Source of the DNA: Candidatus Latescibacterota bacterium
GTDB taxonomy: Bacteria > Latescibacterota > UBA2968 > UBA8231
Direction of reading: 5' to 3'
NCBI GenBank assembly: GCA_965223905.1
Contig: CBDCXV010000008.1
Span: 1 to 45,018, forward strand
Length of the DNA: 45,018 bases
Positions 10,289 through 19,447 of the stretch are shown one piece after another. The position numbers were made by a program, and so were the translations under genes. A model generated the notes under the pieces. It did no database searches. It had not been told where the DNA came from and was given only the letters and a program-made list of their open reading frames with translations. Numbering within the stretch: the stretch's first letter is position 1; each line of letters begins with the position of its first letter.

Positions 10289-11425
10289 ACCGGCCGCGAA
10301 AGGCATACGGCCGCCCATCAACTGATGGGATAGAGTCCGACACTCCAACTCCCCGGCACCGCGTGGTTTCGCAGTCCCGCCTGTTGGTGGCCGCCACCGG
10401 CCTCGTTGTCATCGCCGCAGCGGGATTTTACGGTTTGCAAGCTCTGCAGCGGAACGCCGCCAGGAACGAGGCGCTTGAGCTGGCGAGCCGCGGCGAATAC
10501 GAAAAGGCGGTGCCGCTGCTGCGGCAGGTCGTCTCGTGGTACCCGGACGATCCCGCTGCGGCGCGGGCGTTGGCGCTTGCCCACATGCTCCCCGGTATGC
10601 CCATGGGATCGTCCGAGCCGTATCTCAGCCATTGGTGCGACGTCGCCCCGGACGAACCGGAGGCATTCCGTGCCCGGATGCGGATGTGGACCGCGCTGGG
10701 AAGAAGGGAAGACGCCCTGCAGGACGGCCTTTGAGGCGCTGCGGCTCGAGCCGGACGACCTCGAACTGCGTTCGACTGTGGCGGCGCAATTGGTGTTCAG
10801 CGGACGGGCGATGGAAGCCGAAGAGGTGCTTCGCCGCGGTCTCGAGTCCAGGCCGGACGACCCGGATCTGCAGTTCCTGGTGGCGGAGAACCTCAGGCTG
10901 CAGGGCAAGACAAAAGCCGCCTCGGCAGCCTGGACACGATTCTCCGGGACCATCCCGATCATTCCGAGTCGCTTTTGCGGAAGGCCGAACTGCTGAACAC
11001 CCAGGGAGGGGAAAAAGACCATGCAGAAGCAATCGTGCTGTTGCGACGGGTTTTGGCGAATGAGTCCGCGCGCAGCGAACATCGTGCGGCGCGGTACCAG
11101 CTCAGTCATGCACTCGGAAAAACCGGGCATGTGGAGGAAGCAGCGCGACTCTTGCAGGAGAACCGGAATATCGAGCATGCCGAACACCGCTGCGCGACTC
11201 CCGGCAGCAGTGGGACAACCTCGACCTCGGCCTGCGAGCTACCAGGGCGCTGCTCGACATCGGCCGCCCGCAAGAAGCTCTCGAGTTGCTCGGGGAACTG
11301 GCGAATCGACACCAGCCGAATTCTCGGCTGATTCGCCTGCTTTCGGAATGCCGGATGCGTCTGGCGCCCGGCACCGGCTGAGAAACGGCCGCCCGGCGGC
11401 AGATCCGCGTCACCCGGTGCTATGA
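10285..11425 (+). pseudogene. Membrane-anchored TPR protein, multiply frameshifted
   Basis: GTG overlaps the upstream TGA; TM helix LLVAATGLVVIAAAGFYGL; TPR segments continue across ORFs 9856, 10406 and 10975 with shifts near 10730, 10940 and 11190. Confidence 0.75.
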
Positions 11426-11440
11426 TCTTCGGTTCTAGTT

Positions 11441-11679
11441 CTAGTGTCCTGTCCCGGAAATAGACCGCCAAAATTCCGCCCGCCGAGCCCCCAGGCTCGC
11501 AAGCGGCCTGAGCGTGGCGTAGCGGGGGTGTACGGCGAGCGAAGACCCTGCTGCTGCAGGCAGGCAACGCCGCGAGACGGGATTGAGGGAAAATCCACAG
11601 ATGAGGTTTTCGATTGAACCGATTTCCCTCAAGATGGATCGGCGGAGAATGGCGAGATATTGATGGGACAGGACAATAG
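11441..11679 (-). mobile_element. MITE copy B (239 bp, with extra internal hairpin insertion)
   Basis: TIRs CTAGTGTCCTGTCCCGGAAATA / TATTGATGGGACAGGACAATAG (18/22); shared core GCAAG...GAGCG...GTACGGCGAGCGAAG...GGCAACGC; inner IR TTGAGGGAAA/TTTCCCTCAA. Confidence 0.85.
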
Positions 11680-13435
11680 AACTCTCAGGCTGTGCCTGTA
11701 TATCCTCACGGCCGCCGTGCTTCTCACGGGTGCGGTTTACGCGGCGTGGCGATTCTTCCCGCGGGCCGGCCGCGACCTTTCCAGCGGGCCGGCCGCGGCC
11801 TTGGAGCCGGCGCCCGGAATCCCCTGGTTCCGCGACGTAACGCGGGAATCCGGCATCGACTTTCAGCATTTCGATCCACGCACGCCGCCCCACTACATCC
11901 ACGAAACCATGGGGAGCGGCATCGGCTGGATCGACTACGACAACGACGGCTGGCTCGACCTGTTCTGCGTCCAGGACGGTCCGGTTCTGCCGGAGCGGTA
12001 CGAAGGCGAACTGCCGACCAACAAGCTGTATCGCAATCTCGGTGGAACGAGGTTCGAAGACGTGACCGAGAACGCCGGCCTCGACCGCGCCGGGTTTCAC
12101 ATGGGGTGCGCCGTCGGCGACTACGACAACGACGGCTTCGACGACCTGGTGGTAACCTATGTGGGCGGCGTTGTTCTCTATCACAACGAGTCCGACGCCG
12201 GGGGCAGGAGACGCTTCAGGGACGAGACGGCGCAGGCTGGACTGGTCAATCCTCACTACGGGGCGAGCTGCGCCTGGGGAGATGTCGACAACGACGGTCT
12301 GTTGGATCTCTACGTTTCCAATTTCGTCGAATTCACGCTGGAGACGCACCCCAGGTGCGAGCACAAATCCGGAAACCGGTTCGTGGTGCGGCAATGCGCG
12401 CCGACGGCCTTTCAGGCACCCCCTCACAAGCTTTGGCGAAACAATGGTGACGGAACCTTCAGCGACATCTCTTCTTCGTTGGAGATTTCCGAGAGCAAAC
12501 GCGCCTACGGACTGGGGGTGCTGGTGTGTGACCTGGATCTCGACGGACGGATCGACATCTACGTCGCCAACGACATGTGTCCCGCCTACCTGTTTCACAA
12601 CCAGGGGAGTGGGAAGTTTCTCGAAATAGCGGAGTTTCACGGATGCGCCTACACGAGCGAAGGAGCGACGCTGGCAGGCATGGGCGTCGACGCGGGTGAC
12701 CTGGACGGCAGCGGCAGACCATCCCCGGTCGTCACCAATTTTCAGGACATGCCCAATATCCTCTTTCGCAACCTGGGAACACTGGTTTTTCATGACGACA
12801 GCTACGTCTCCGGTCTGGCGCATTCCAGCTTCGAGCGTCTCGGATTCGGCGTGACCATCTTCGACGCCGACAACGACGGCTTTCAAGACGTCGCTGTTGC
12901 CAACCGGCACGTTCAGCGATTCGCCCATGAGCTGCACCTGGTGCCGTTCGCCCAGCGAGACCAGCTGTACCTTGCTGGGCGCAGGGGAAGACTTCAGGAC
13001 GTATCGGGGAAGGCGGGTCCCTACTTCCGACAATCCTACGTGGGCCGCGGAATCATCCGGGGCGACTTCGACAACGATGGACTGGTCGATCTGGCGGTGA
13101 GCAACAACGGTGGACCGGCTGTTCTGTTGCGCAACGAAACGAACAGCGCCAACAACTGCGTCGCCCTGGACCTGGAGGGGGACGGGCAAAAGAGCAACCG
13201 CAATGCCGTCGGAGCCCGGGTCGAGGTAAAGGTGAACGAAATAAGCCAGGCGTTTATTGTCGTTGGAGGGGGCAGTTATCTCTCGGCCAACAAACCGGTT
13301 ACGGTGCTCGTAACCTGGCCGTCGGGGCAGCGGCAGGTCTTCGACAATCTCCTCGCGCGCAATCGTTGGCGCCTGAAGAAGGGGTCGGCATCGGCTGAAC
13401 TGCTGGCTGCTGTCGTTCCGGAGACCCGGCCTTAA
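11663..13435 (+). CDS. CRTAC1-family protein with N-terminal TM anchor; ancestral start probably 11422; ASPIC domain appears internally deleted
   Basis: HETMGSGIGWIDYDNDG and FG-GAP repeats; GGGSYLSAN is followed directly by KPVTVLVTWPSG, with no xHFGLG segment. Confidence 0.85.
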   Translation: MGQDNRTLRLCLYILTAAVLLTGAVYAAWRFFPRAGRDLSSGPAAALEPAPGIPWFRDVTRESGIDFQHFDPRTPPHYIHETMGSGIGWIDYDNDGWLDLFCVQDGPVLPERYEGELPTNKLYRNLGGTRFEDVTENAGLDRAGFHMGCAVGDYDNDGFDDLVVTYVGGVVLYHNESDAGGRRRFRDETAQAGLVNPHYGASCAWGDVDNDGLLDLYVSNFVEFTLETHPRCEHKSGNRFVVRQCAPTAFQAPPHKLWRNNGDGTFSDISSSLEISESKRAYGLGVLVCDLDLDGRIDIYVANDMCPAYLFHNQGSGKFLEIAEFHGCAYTSEGATLAGMGVDAGDLDGSGRPSPVVTNFQDMPNILFRNLGTLVFHDDSYVSGLAHSSFERLGFGVTIFDADNDGFQDVAVANRHVQRFAHELHLVPFAQRDQLYLAGRRGRLQDVSGKAGPYFRQSYVGRGIIRGDFDNDGLVDLAVSNNGGPAVLLRNETNSANNCVALDLEGDGQKSNRNAVGARVEVKVNEISQAFIVVGGGSYLSANKPVTVLVTWPSGQRQVFDNLLARNRWRLKKGSASAELLAAVVPETRP

Positions 13436-13443
13436 AGAGACCG

Positions 13444-15399
13444 ATGATGGTCGATGACCCTAAATCTCCTTCTCCGTTAATCACTCCGCGCGGAGTCGTC
13501 CTCGGCCTGGCGACCGCCCTCGGCATGATCTTCTACGTCATCTACGTCTCCGAGCGCTCGGGAGTAGGCAGGTTCGTGCACTCCCATCTGCCGCTGCTGG
13601 CCTTGATTCCGTTCGTCTTGTGGATCTTCGCCAACACCGGCCTTGCCCGCATCCAGCCCTCCCGGGCACTGAAGGCCGGCGAGCTTCTGACCATCCTCGG
13701 GATTCTCTGGATCGTCGCAACCCTTCCCGACTGGATGGGAAGGATGACGGCGATGATTGCTTCACCCACCCACTTCGCTTCGCCGGAGAACAGGTACAAG
13801 GAGCACTTCTTCGACTACCTGCCCTGGCACGTACTGGCGCCGACGGGCGAAGGAATACTCGACTCCTTCTGGCTCGGACTGCCTGCGGGCGGCGCCGTGC
13901 CCTGGGAGGGATGGGTGGGTGTGGTGCTGCAGTGGTTCGGCGTCTCGATGGCCATGGTGATATTCGGCTTCTGCACCTTCGTGCTTTTCCAGGTGCAGTG
14001 GGAGGAGAGAGAAAAACTCGCCTTTCCCCTGGCACAGCTGCCCCTCGACCTCCTCCGGGGCATCGATGGCCGGAGACGCATGCCGGAGCTGTTTCGCAGA
14101 CGCCTCTTCTGGTTCGGATTCGCCGTCGTCTTCATTCCGATACTGTACAACATCTCCACGTATTTCAGTCCCCTGGTACCGCTGGAATTCAACACGAACG
14201 TGTTCAGGCTGGAGTTGAGCGACTGGCTGTACCGGGTGAACGTCCGCTATATGCCGCTGGTCATGGCGGTGACCTACCTGTGCCCGGTGGATATCCTCGG
14301 CAGCCTCGTCCTCTTCCGGATCATGAGCCTGTTCAAGGCCGGCGTGCTGGCGCGCACCGGCATCTCGTTCGGCGCCGAGGGCCAGCAGATAGGAGGGGAG
14401 CGCCTGCTCTTCATGGAGAACTACGGGGCCTTGATGTTCCTGGCCGTATGGGCGATCTGGATCGCTCGCAGCCACCTGGGCCGGACCATGCGACTGGCTG
14501 TCGGGGGAGGTGGCGAAGCCGGGGAGGTCCGGCGCTACCGCATGGCGTGGACCGGCCTGCTGCTGGCCGGCGCCTGGGTGATCGGCTGGGCGATGAGCCT
14601 CGGCATGAGCCTGGCGTTGGCGCTGGGCTCGTTCCTGCTCATGTCACTGACCTTCTTCGTGACCGCGAAGCTCGTCGCCGCGACGGGATTCGCCTATCTG
14701 GTTCCGTACCGCCCCTTCCTGAAGGGCGCTCCCTTCATCGTCGACCTGGTGGGGACCACATCCATCTCCCCCCGCGGCCTGGCGGGGTGGCATCTGTTTA
14801 CGAGCCCGGCCTTCTTCGGCGGCAGCCTTATTCCCGCATGGCCGGCGCTCACCCACTTCCTGCGCCTGTTCTCCCTGCGGCGGCAGCCTCTCGCCGTAAC
14901 CTCCGTGGCCCTCGGCGCTTTCGCGGTTGCGTTCCTTGCCTCCGTCGTTGGCAAGATCGACGTGAATTACCGGGACGGTGCCAGTACCGCCCTCGAATGG
15001 TGGATGACCGCCCGTTTTTTCGATCCCCTGGTCCATTTACTCGACTACCGCACCGTCGCCGACTGGGAGAAGATCGGGGTCTTTCTCTTCGGGTGGCTGC
15101 AGGCGGCGGGAATAACGTTCCTTCGCAGCCGCTACCACTGGTTCTCCCTTCACCCGGTGGGTCTCGCCTTCCAGGAGTCCTTCTGGCTGGATCTCTACTG
15201 GACCAACCTCGCCGTCGTGTGGGCAGTCAAGGCCGCCCTGCTGCGGTACGGGGGAGTCCCCGCCTACCTCGCTGGCAAACCGTTCTTCTACGGCATGGGG
15301 ATCGGCTACATCATCGGAGTTGCATGCTCGGCCGTAGTCGACCTGATCTGGTTCCCAAACGCAGGCCACACCGCGGCCGGTCCATTCGGGGTCGGGTAG
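13444..15399 (+). CDS. Polytopic membrane protein, DUF6785/DUF6784-type (putative transporter)
   Basis: About 15 hydrophobic helices; ITPRGVVLG, QWEEREKLAFPLAQLP, RYHWFSLHPVG and LRYGG...KPFFYG motifs; family assignment is from recall. Confidence 0.75.
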   Translation: MMVDDPKSPSPLITPRGVVLGLATALGMIFYVIYVSERSGVGRFVHSHLPLLALIPFVLWIFANTGLARIQPSRALKAGELLTILGILWIVATLPDWMGRMTAMIASPTHFASPENRYKEHFFDYLPWHVLAPTGEGILDSFWLGLPAGGAVPWEGWVGVVLQWFGVSMAMVIFGFCTFVLFQVQWEEREKLAFPLAQLPLDLLRGIDGRRRMPELFRRRLFWFGFAVVFIPILYNISTYFSPLVPLEFNTNVFRLELSDWLYRVNVRYMPLVMAVTYLCPVDILGSLVLFRIMSLFKAGVLARTGISFGAEGQQIGGERLLFMENYGALMFLAVWAIWIARSHLGRTMRLAVGGGGEAGEVRRYRMAWTGLLLAGAWVIGWAMSLGMSLALALGSFLLMSLTFFVTAKLVAATGFAYLVPYRPFLKGAPFIVDLVGTTSISPRGLAGWHLFTSPAFFGGSLIPAWPALTHFLRLFSLRRQPLAVTSVALGAFAVAFLASVVGKIDVNYRDGASTALEWWMTARFFDPLVHLLDYRTVADWEKIGVFLFGWLQAAGITFLRSRYHWFSLHPVGLAFQESFWLDLYWTNLAVVWAVKAALLRYGGVPAYLAGKPFFYGMGIGYIIGVACSAVVDLIWFPNAGHTAAGPFGVG

Positions 15400-15416
15400 A
15401 TGCCTCGACCCGTCCC

Positions 15417-15431
15417 GGGGGGGGGGGGGGG
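15417..15431 (+). repeat. Poly-G tract (G15)
   Basis: 15 consecutive G just downstream of the membrane protein stop. Confidence 0.9.
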
Positions 15432-15519
15432 CACAACGGGGCGAACAGCATCGCAGTATCATCACTCCAGCACCCGCTGCAACAAGGCGTCTCCCAACGC
15501 CATCGACCCCGCCGCCTCG

Positions 15520-15978
15520 TGAGGTTCGCTGCCGGCGGGGATAGCGGCCTGCCCTCCCGTATGCACTGGATGAAGAACCGGTCCTCCAGGGCGGTGCCGT
15601 CGAGGTCTGATCGGGGAACGCCGTAGCGCTCGCCGTCACGCAGGACGTAGGCGCTGTCCTCGATGTACCCAGAGGTGTCAAAGACCGTGGATCTCATAGC
15701 GTTCGAGGCGGATCGTTCCGGTCATGTTGAATATGAGATGACCGATGCAGCCGCTCTCGAAACAGACGATGGCCCCGTAGACGTCCCTGTATTTTTGGAA
15801 TGCCCGGCGCGAGACTCCGTGAACTTCAGCGACCTTCGGAATCGGCCAGGAAGCGTATCAGGTCAATGGAGTGGATGGGCGTCTCGTAGAGGAAATTGTC
15901 CAGGAGTTCATCCGGCCAGCGTCCGAGCTTATCCAGCCGTGTCATGGTCTTGTGGAACGTCCATTCTGCCGCTCCCGC
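15520..15978 (-). pseudogene. C-terminal remnant of a Gfo/Idh/MocA oxidoreductase
   Basis: Across frames: ETPIHSIDLIRFLA, GAIVCFESGCIGHL, RLERYEIHG, EDRFFIQCIREGRP; truncated at MITE C. Confidence 0.7.
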
Positions 15979-16146
15979 CTAGTGTCTCGTCCCAGGAATC
16001 CCTTGCAATTTCCGGCGCCGATCCATCCCATCTCGCGGTGTTGCCTTCGCTCGCCGTACACCCCCGGTACGACTCGCTCAGGCGCCTTGCGAGCCGGTCG
16101 CCTCAGCGCCGGAATTTTTCAAGTTATCCGTGGGACATCACACTAG
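15979..16146 (+). mobile_element. MITE copy C (168 bp)
   Basis: CTAG at both ends; imperfect TIR CTAGTGTCTCGTCCCA / TGGGACATCACACTAG; core nearly identical to copy A. Confidence 0.9.
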
Positions 16147-16150
16147 CGAA

Positions 16151-16178
16151 TTGCTTATTGCCCAGAAGTCGGTAGAAT
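16151..16178 (+). promoter_or_regulatory. Possible sigma70 promoter
   Basis: TTGCTT-N16-TAGAAT about 105 bp upstream of the PhyH-like gene. Confidence 0.3.
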
Positions 16179-16283
16179 AGGGCTCAACCGCCAGCCTGCG
16201 GCAAATTCTCGCATTGCGCCCGATTCGCCGAGGCGCCTGCATCCGGCAAACGCATTTCCGCCGCGCAGCACCAGGAGATTTCC

Positions 16284-17123
16284 ATGATGAACGTATCCGC
16301 CGCGTCGCCGCAGGGCCGATTCAAAGGCCGATTGGAGAGGATCGAAACGCCGTCGCTCAACACAGCCACGCCCGGAGAGAGACAAATCGCCGAATGGCAG
16401 TCGCAACTCTACGATGTGGGATGCCTCGTCATCCCCGAGGCGCTGCCCAGGCCGGCGGTTGAGCACTTTCGCGAACGCGTCGCCTCGTTTGAACCCTCTG
16501 TCGGCTACTCTTCAGCCTCGCTGGTGCGCCTGTTCGATAAGGGGATGGATTTCGTGGACCTGCTGCTGAACGAGCCCATCTTTTCCCTGATGGAACGAGT
16601 GTTGGGCGAGCGCATGCACATTATTAGCTTGCAGGGGCATCGAACCTACGCCGGTAATGAGCTGTCCGGCTTTCACCCCGACGAAATCTACCTGCGGCCG
16701 CCCGACGACGTCAGCGACGACGTCGACTACCCGCCCATCGTCAACACGATCAACTGCCACTACTACCTCGTGGATGTGCCGCTGGAGCTGGGGCCGACGC
16801 AGGTAGTTCCCGGCAGCCATCGCGCCTGAAGACTACCCAGGTCCGAGGACGGCGACCCGCCGCACTGGCGCGGACGGGGTCCCGTGTCGCTGACCTGCAA
16901 CGCCGGCGACTGCGTCATCTACAGCAATCAAGCCTGGCACCAAGGCGCACGAAATCAGACCGATCGCACCCGCCTGTCCGTCGTCCCCTCATACGCCCGT
17001 CGGTTCGTGGCGCAGCGCTTCTGGCCATTTCTCAACTACAGCCTGTCACGGGACATTCTGGATCAGTGCTCGCCGCGCCAACGGGAGCTACTGGGGGAGC
17101 ATCCGCGCGGATCATACGGGTGA
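16284..17123 (+). CDS. PhyH-family Fe(II)/2-oxoglutarate dioxygenase with a single in-frame TGA at 16827-16829 (pseudogene or recoded)
   Basis: FHPDE (HxD), GPTQVVPGSH, then in the same frame after TGA: AGDCVIYSNQAWHQG...RTRL; RBS AGGAG. Confidence 0.85.
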
Positions 17124-17152
17124 CGACGCGGGATGGGGATACTGCCCTTCAA

Positions 17153-17989
17153 TCACGGGCAGAGGCCCACTTCAGACTCAGCGCACAAGTGGGCGATGTG
17201 CTGCAACTTGGGACTATCCTGCATCCAGCTCTCATTGACTGCGTCGGGATGGGCGTAGTCGTTGCCGGCGTGATCGACGCCGCGGGCGAGGTAGACTTGC
17301 TGGCCCATGTAGCCGGATGACTTGACCGTCGTCGGCATGTAGCGCATCTGGTAGCCGCAACGGCGCGCCTTTTTCCTGGTCGCTGCGGACCCGTGAATCA
17401 GGTACGCGTCGTGAATGCTGCAGTGATTCGGCTCGAGGACACAGTCGACGGCCGCCGACTCGTCGAACAGATCCGCCCGAACCGTCTTCTTGAGAAGGAC
17501 TTCATCGATGTCGCTCACGTCCTCGTGCTCGCGACCGCGCTGGTGGTGCGAGCCGGGGATGACGCGCATGCAGCCGTTCTCCGTATTCGACGGATCGATC
17601 GCCAGCCACACCGTGGCCACTTCGACGCGATTCTCCACCAAGGGATTCCAGTAGGATGCGTCCTCGTGAAAGGGGATCCTCTTGCCGACGGTGGAGAGCT
17701 TGTTCAGGCAGGAGCTCGCGAACAGAGCGATGTCCGGACCGATCAGAGGCTCGACGAGGTCGAGCACCTCGTCAGCGAGCAGCCAGTCGTTGAGCTTGGG
17801 ATCGACGAAGTGGGCGCGATCTATGCCCTCGACCGGAACGTCCATGACCTCCTCCCAGACCGCCAGGTGCATCTCGAAGCGCTCTTTGAAGGCGGCGAAT
17901 TTTTCGGGTGAGAACAAGGGCTCATCGATGATGAGAAAGCCCTGGTCCTGGTAGTCCCGCACCTGCTCAGTGCTCAATTTCGGTGCCAT
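17153..17989 (-). CDS. PhyH-family dioxygenase
   Basis: LSTEQVRDYQDQGF, PFHEDASYW, VWLAID...NGCMRVIPGSH, LIHGS...RR. Confidence 0.92.
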   Translation of the reverse strand: MAPKLSTEQVRDYQDQGFLIIDEPLFSPEKFAAFKERFEMHLAVWEEVMDVPVEGIDRAHFVDPKLNDWLLADEVLDLVEPLIGPDIALFASSCLNKLSTVGKRIPFHEDASYWNPLVENRVEVATVWLAIDPSNTENGCMRVIPGSHHQRGREHEDVSDIDEVLLKKTVRADLFDESAAVDCVLEPNHCSIHDAYLIHGSAATRKKARRCGYQMRYMPTTVKSSGYMGQQVYLARGVDHAGNDYAHPDAVNESWMQDSPKLQHIAHLCAESEVGLCP

Positions 17990-19311
17990 GTCTCACTCCC
18001 AAGTGCTTTCTCCAGTGCCCCCAACGTCGCCGCGATGTCGCTCTGGGTATGCGCGGCGGAGATGGAACACTGTTTGGTTGCCACCGGAAAAAAATATATA
18101 CCTTCGTCGATCAATCTTCGCCGCATGGCCGCATCGCGGTCGAAGTCGTGATGCAGCGCCAGGTCGTGAAAGTTCCGGGGCGCATGATCCATGAAATAGA
18201 TGCAGAACGCAGATCCCTGACGCGAGACGATGCCGGTGGTGCCCAGGGAACGCAAGAGATCTTCTATGCCTGACTGGGCCATGGCGCCCAGATCATCCAT
18301 CCGCGCGTAGAGAGCGCCGTCTCCTTCAAGCAGGCGTTCGATGGTGGCGATGCCGGCGGCCATGGAGACGGGGTGCCCGCTATAGGTGCCGCCCACGAGC
18401 GGTCTCTGGGTGGTGTCGGGATCAGCGTAGCGATCCATGAGCTCGGCTTTGCCGCCCAGGACCGCCAGGGGAAATCCGTTGGCGATGGCTTTTGCGAATA
18501 CCACCAGGTCTGGTATCACACCGCAGATCTGGCTGTATCCCCCCAGCGCATGGCGGAAACCGGTCTTCACCTCGTCGAAGATGAGGATGAAACCGAACTC
18601 GTCCGCGAGTTTTCTGAGGCCCTCGAGATACCCCGGCTGCGGTTTGACAATACCGATGTTCTGCAGAACGGGCTCGGTGATCAGGGCCGCGATCTCGTGG
18701 CGCTCACACACGTAACGCACGGACTCGAGGTCGTTGAAATTGACTACGTGGACGAGTTGCTCCTGCGCTGCCGGCAGTCCGGGGCCGAGGGGGACATAAG
18801 GGTATTCTCCCGGCGACACTTCGGGGCCGACCTTTTCCAGAGGCGTGAGTACGTTGCAGGCGAGCTCATTGTGAGACCCGTTGAAGCCCCCCTGCATGGC
18901 GATCAGGTGCTCGCGCCTCGTAACCGCGCGCGCCAGCCTCAAGGCGGCGATGGCGGTCTCGGAGCCCGTGTTGAGGAACTCGATTCTCTCGGCCGCGGGA
19001 ACGTTGTTGCAGATGAGCTCCGCCAGGCGGCACTCGAGCTCGGACGTACCGGAACCGTAGAGACTCCGGCCCTCGTCCAGAGCATTCTTCACCGCCTCAT
19101 TCACGAAGGGATCGTTGTGGCCGAGTACGTGCGGCGCAAAAGCGGCGTGGTAATCGACGTAACGATTGCCGTCGACGTCCCAGAGATAGGCTCCCTGACC
19201 GCGGCAGAAAGTGATAACCGGCTCGACCATGCGCGCTCCCGAGAGCACGCCTCCGGGTACGAAACGGGAGTTCCGCTCTACGACGGCTTCGGATCTGGGA
19301 CGTCGAGTCAT
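17974..19311 (-). CDS. Class III PLP aminotransferase (glutamate-1-semialdehyde aminomutase-like)
   Basis: GAYLWDVDGNRYVDY, LIFDEVKTGFR, PDLVVFAKAIANG (PLP Lys), GTYSGHP. Confidence 0.92.
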   Translation of the reverse strand: MTRRPRSEAVVERNSRFVPGGVLSGARMVEPVITFCRGQGAYLWDVDGNRYVDYHAAFAPHVLGHNDPFVNEAVKNALDEGRSLYGSGTSELECRLAELICNNVPAAERIEFLNTGSETAIAALRLARAVTRREHLIAMQGGFNGSHNELACNVLTPLEKVGPEVSPGEYPYVPLGPGLPAAQEQLVHVVNFNDLESVRYVCERHEIAALITEPVLQNIGIVKPQPGYLEGLRKLADEFGFILIFDEVKTGFRHALGGYSQICGVIPDLVVFAKAIANGFPLAVLGGKAELMDRYADPDTTQRPLVGGTYSGHPVSMAAGIATIERLLEGDGALYARMDDLGAMAQSGIEDLLRSLGTTGIVSRQGSAFCIYFMDHAPRNFHDLALHHDFDRDAAMRRRLIDEGIYFFPVATKQCSISAAHTQSDIAATLGALEKALGSETWHRN

Positions 19312-19447
19312 CGAGCGGTTCTGTATGCCAGGTCGCGATTCTGTCGCCGGATATCCAGTCGCATATAGGTCAACGCCAGTTGTTCGTCACAGACTCCGGG
19401 TGCTCCCCCAGAGTACATCCGCGATGATCGCCTGCGGCACCACAATC

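Noticed and set aside
15663-16175. 170-aa plus-strand ORF
   Set aside because: Made of the antisense of the oxidoreductase remnant plus MITE C sequence
17974-19311. Assigning the symbol hemL
   Set aside because: Motif deviations and a non-tetrapyrrole context; only family-level support
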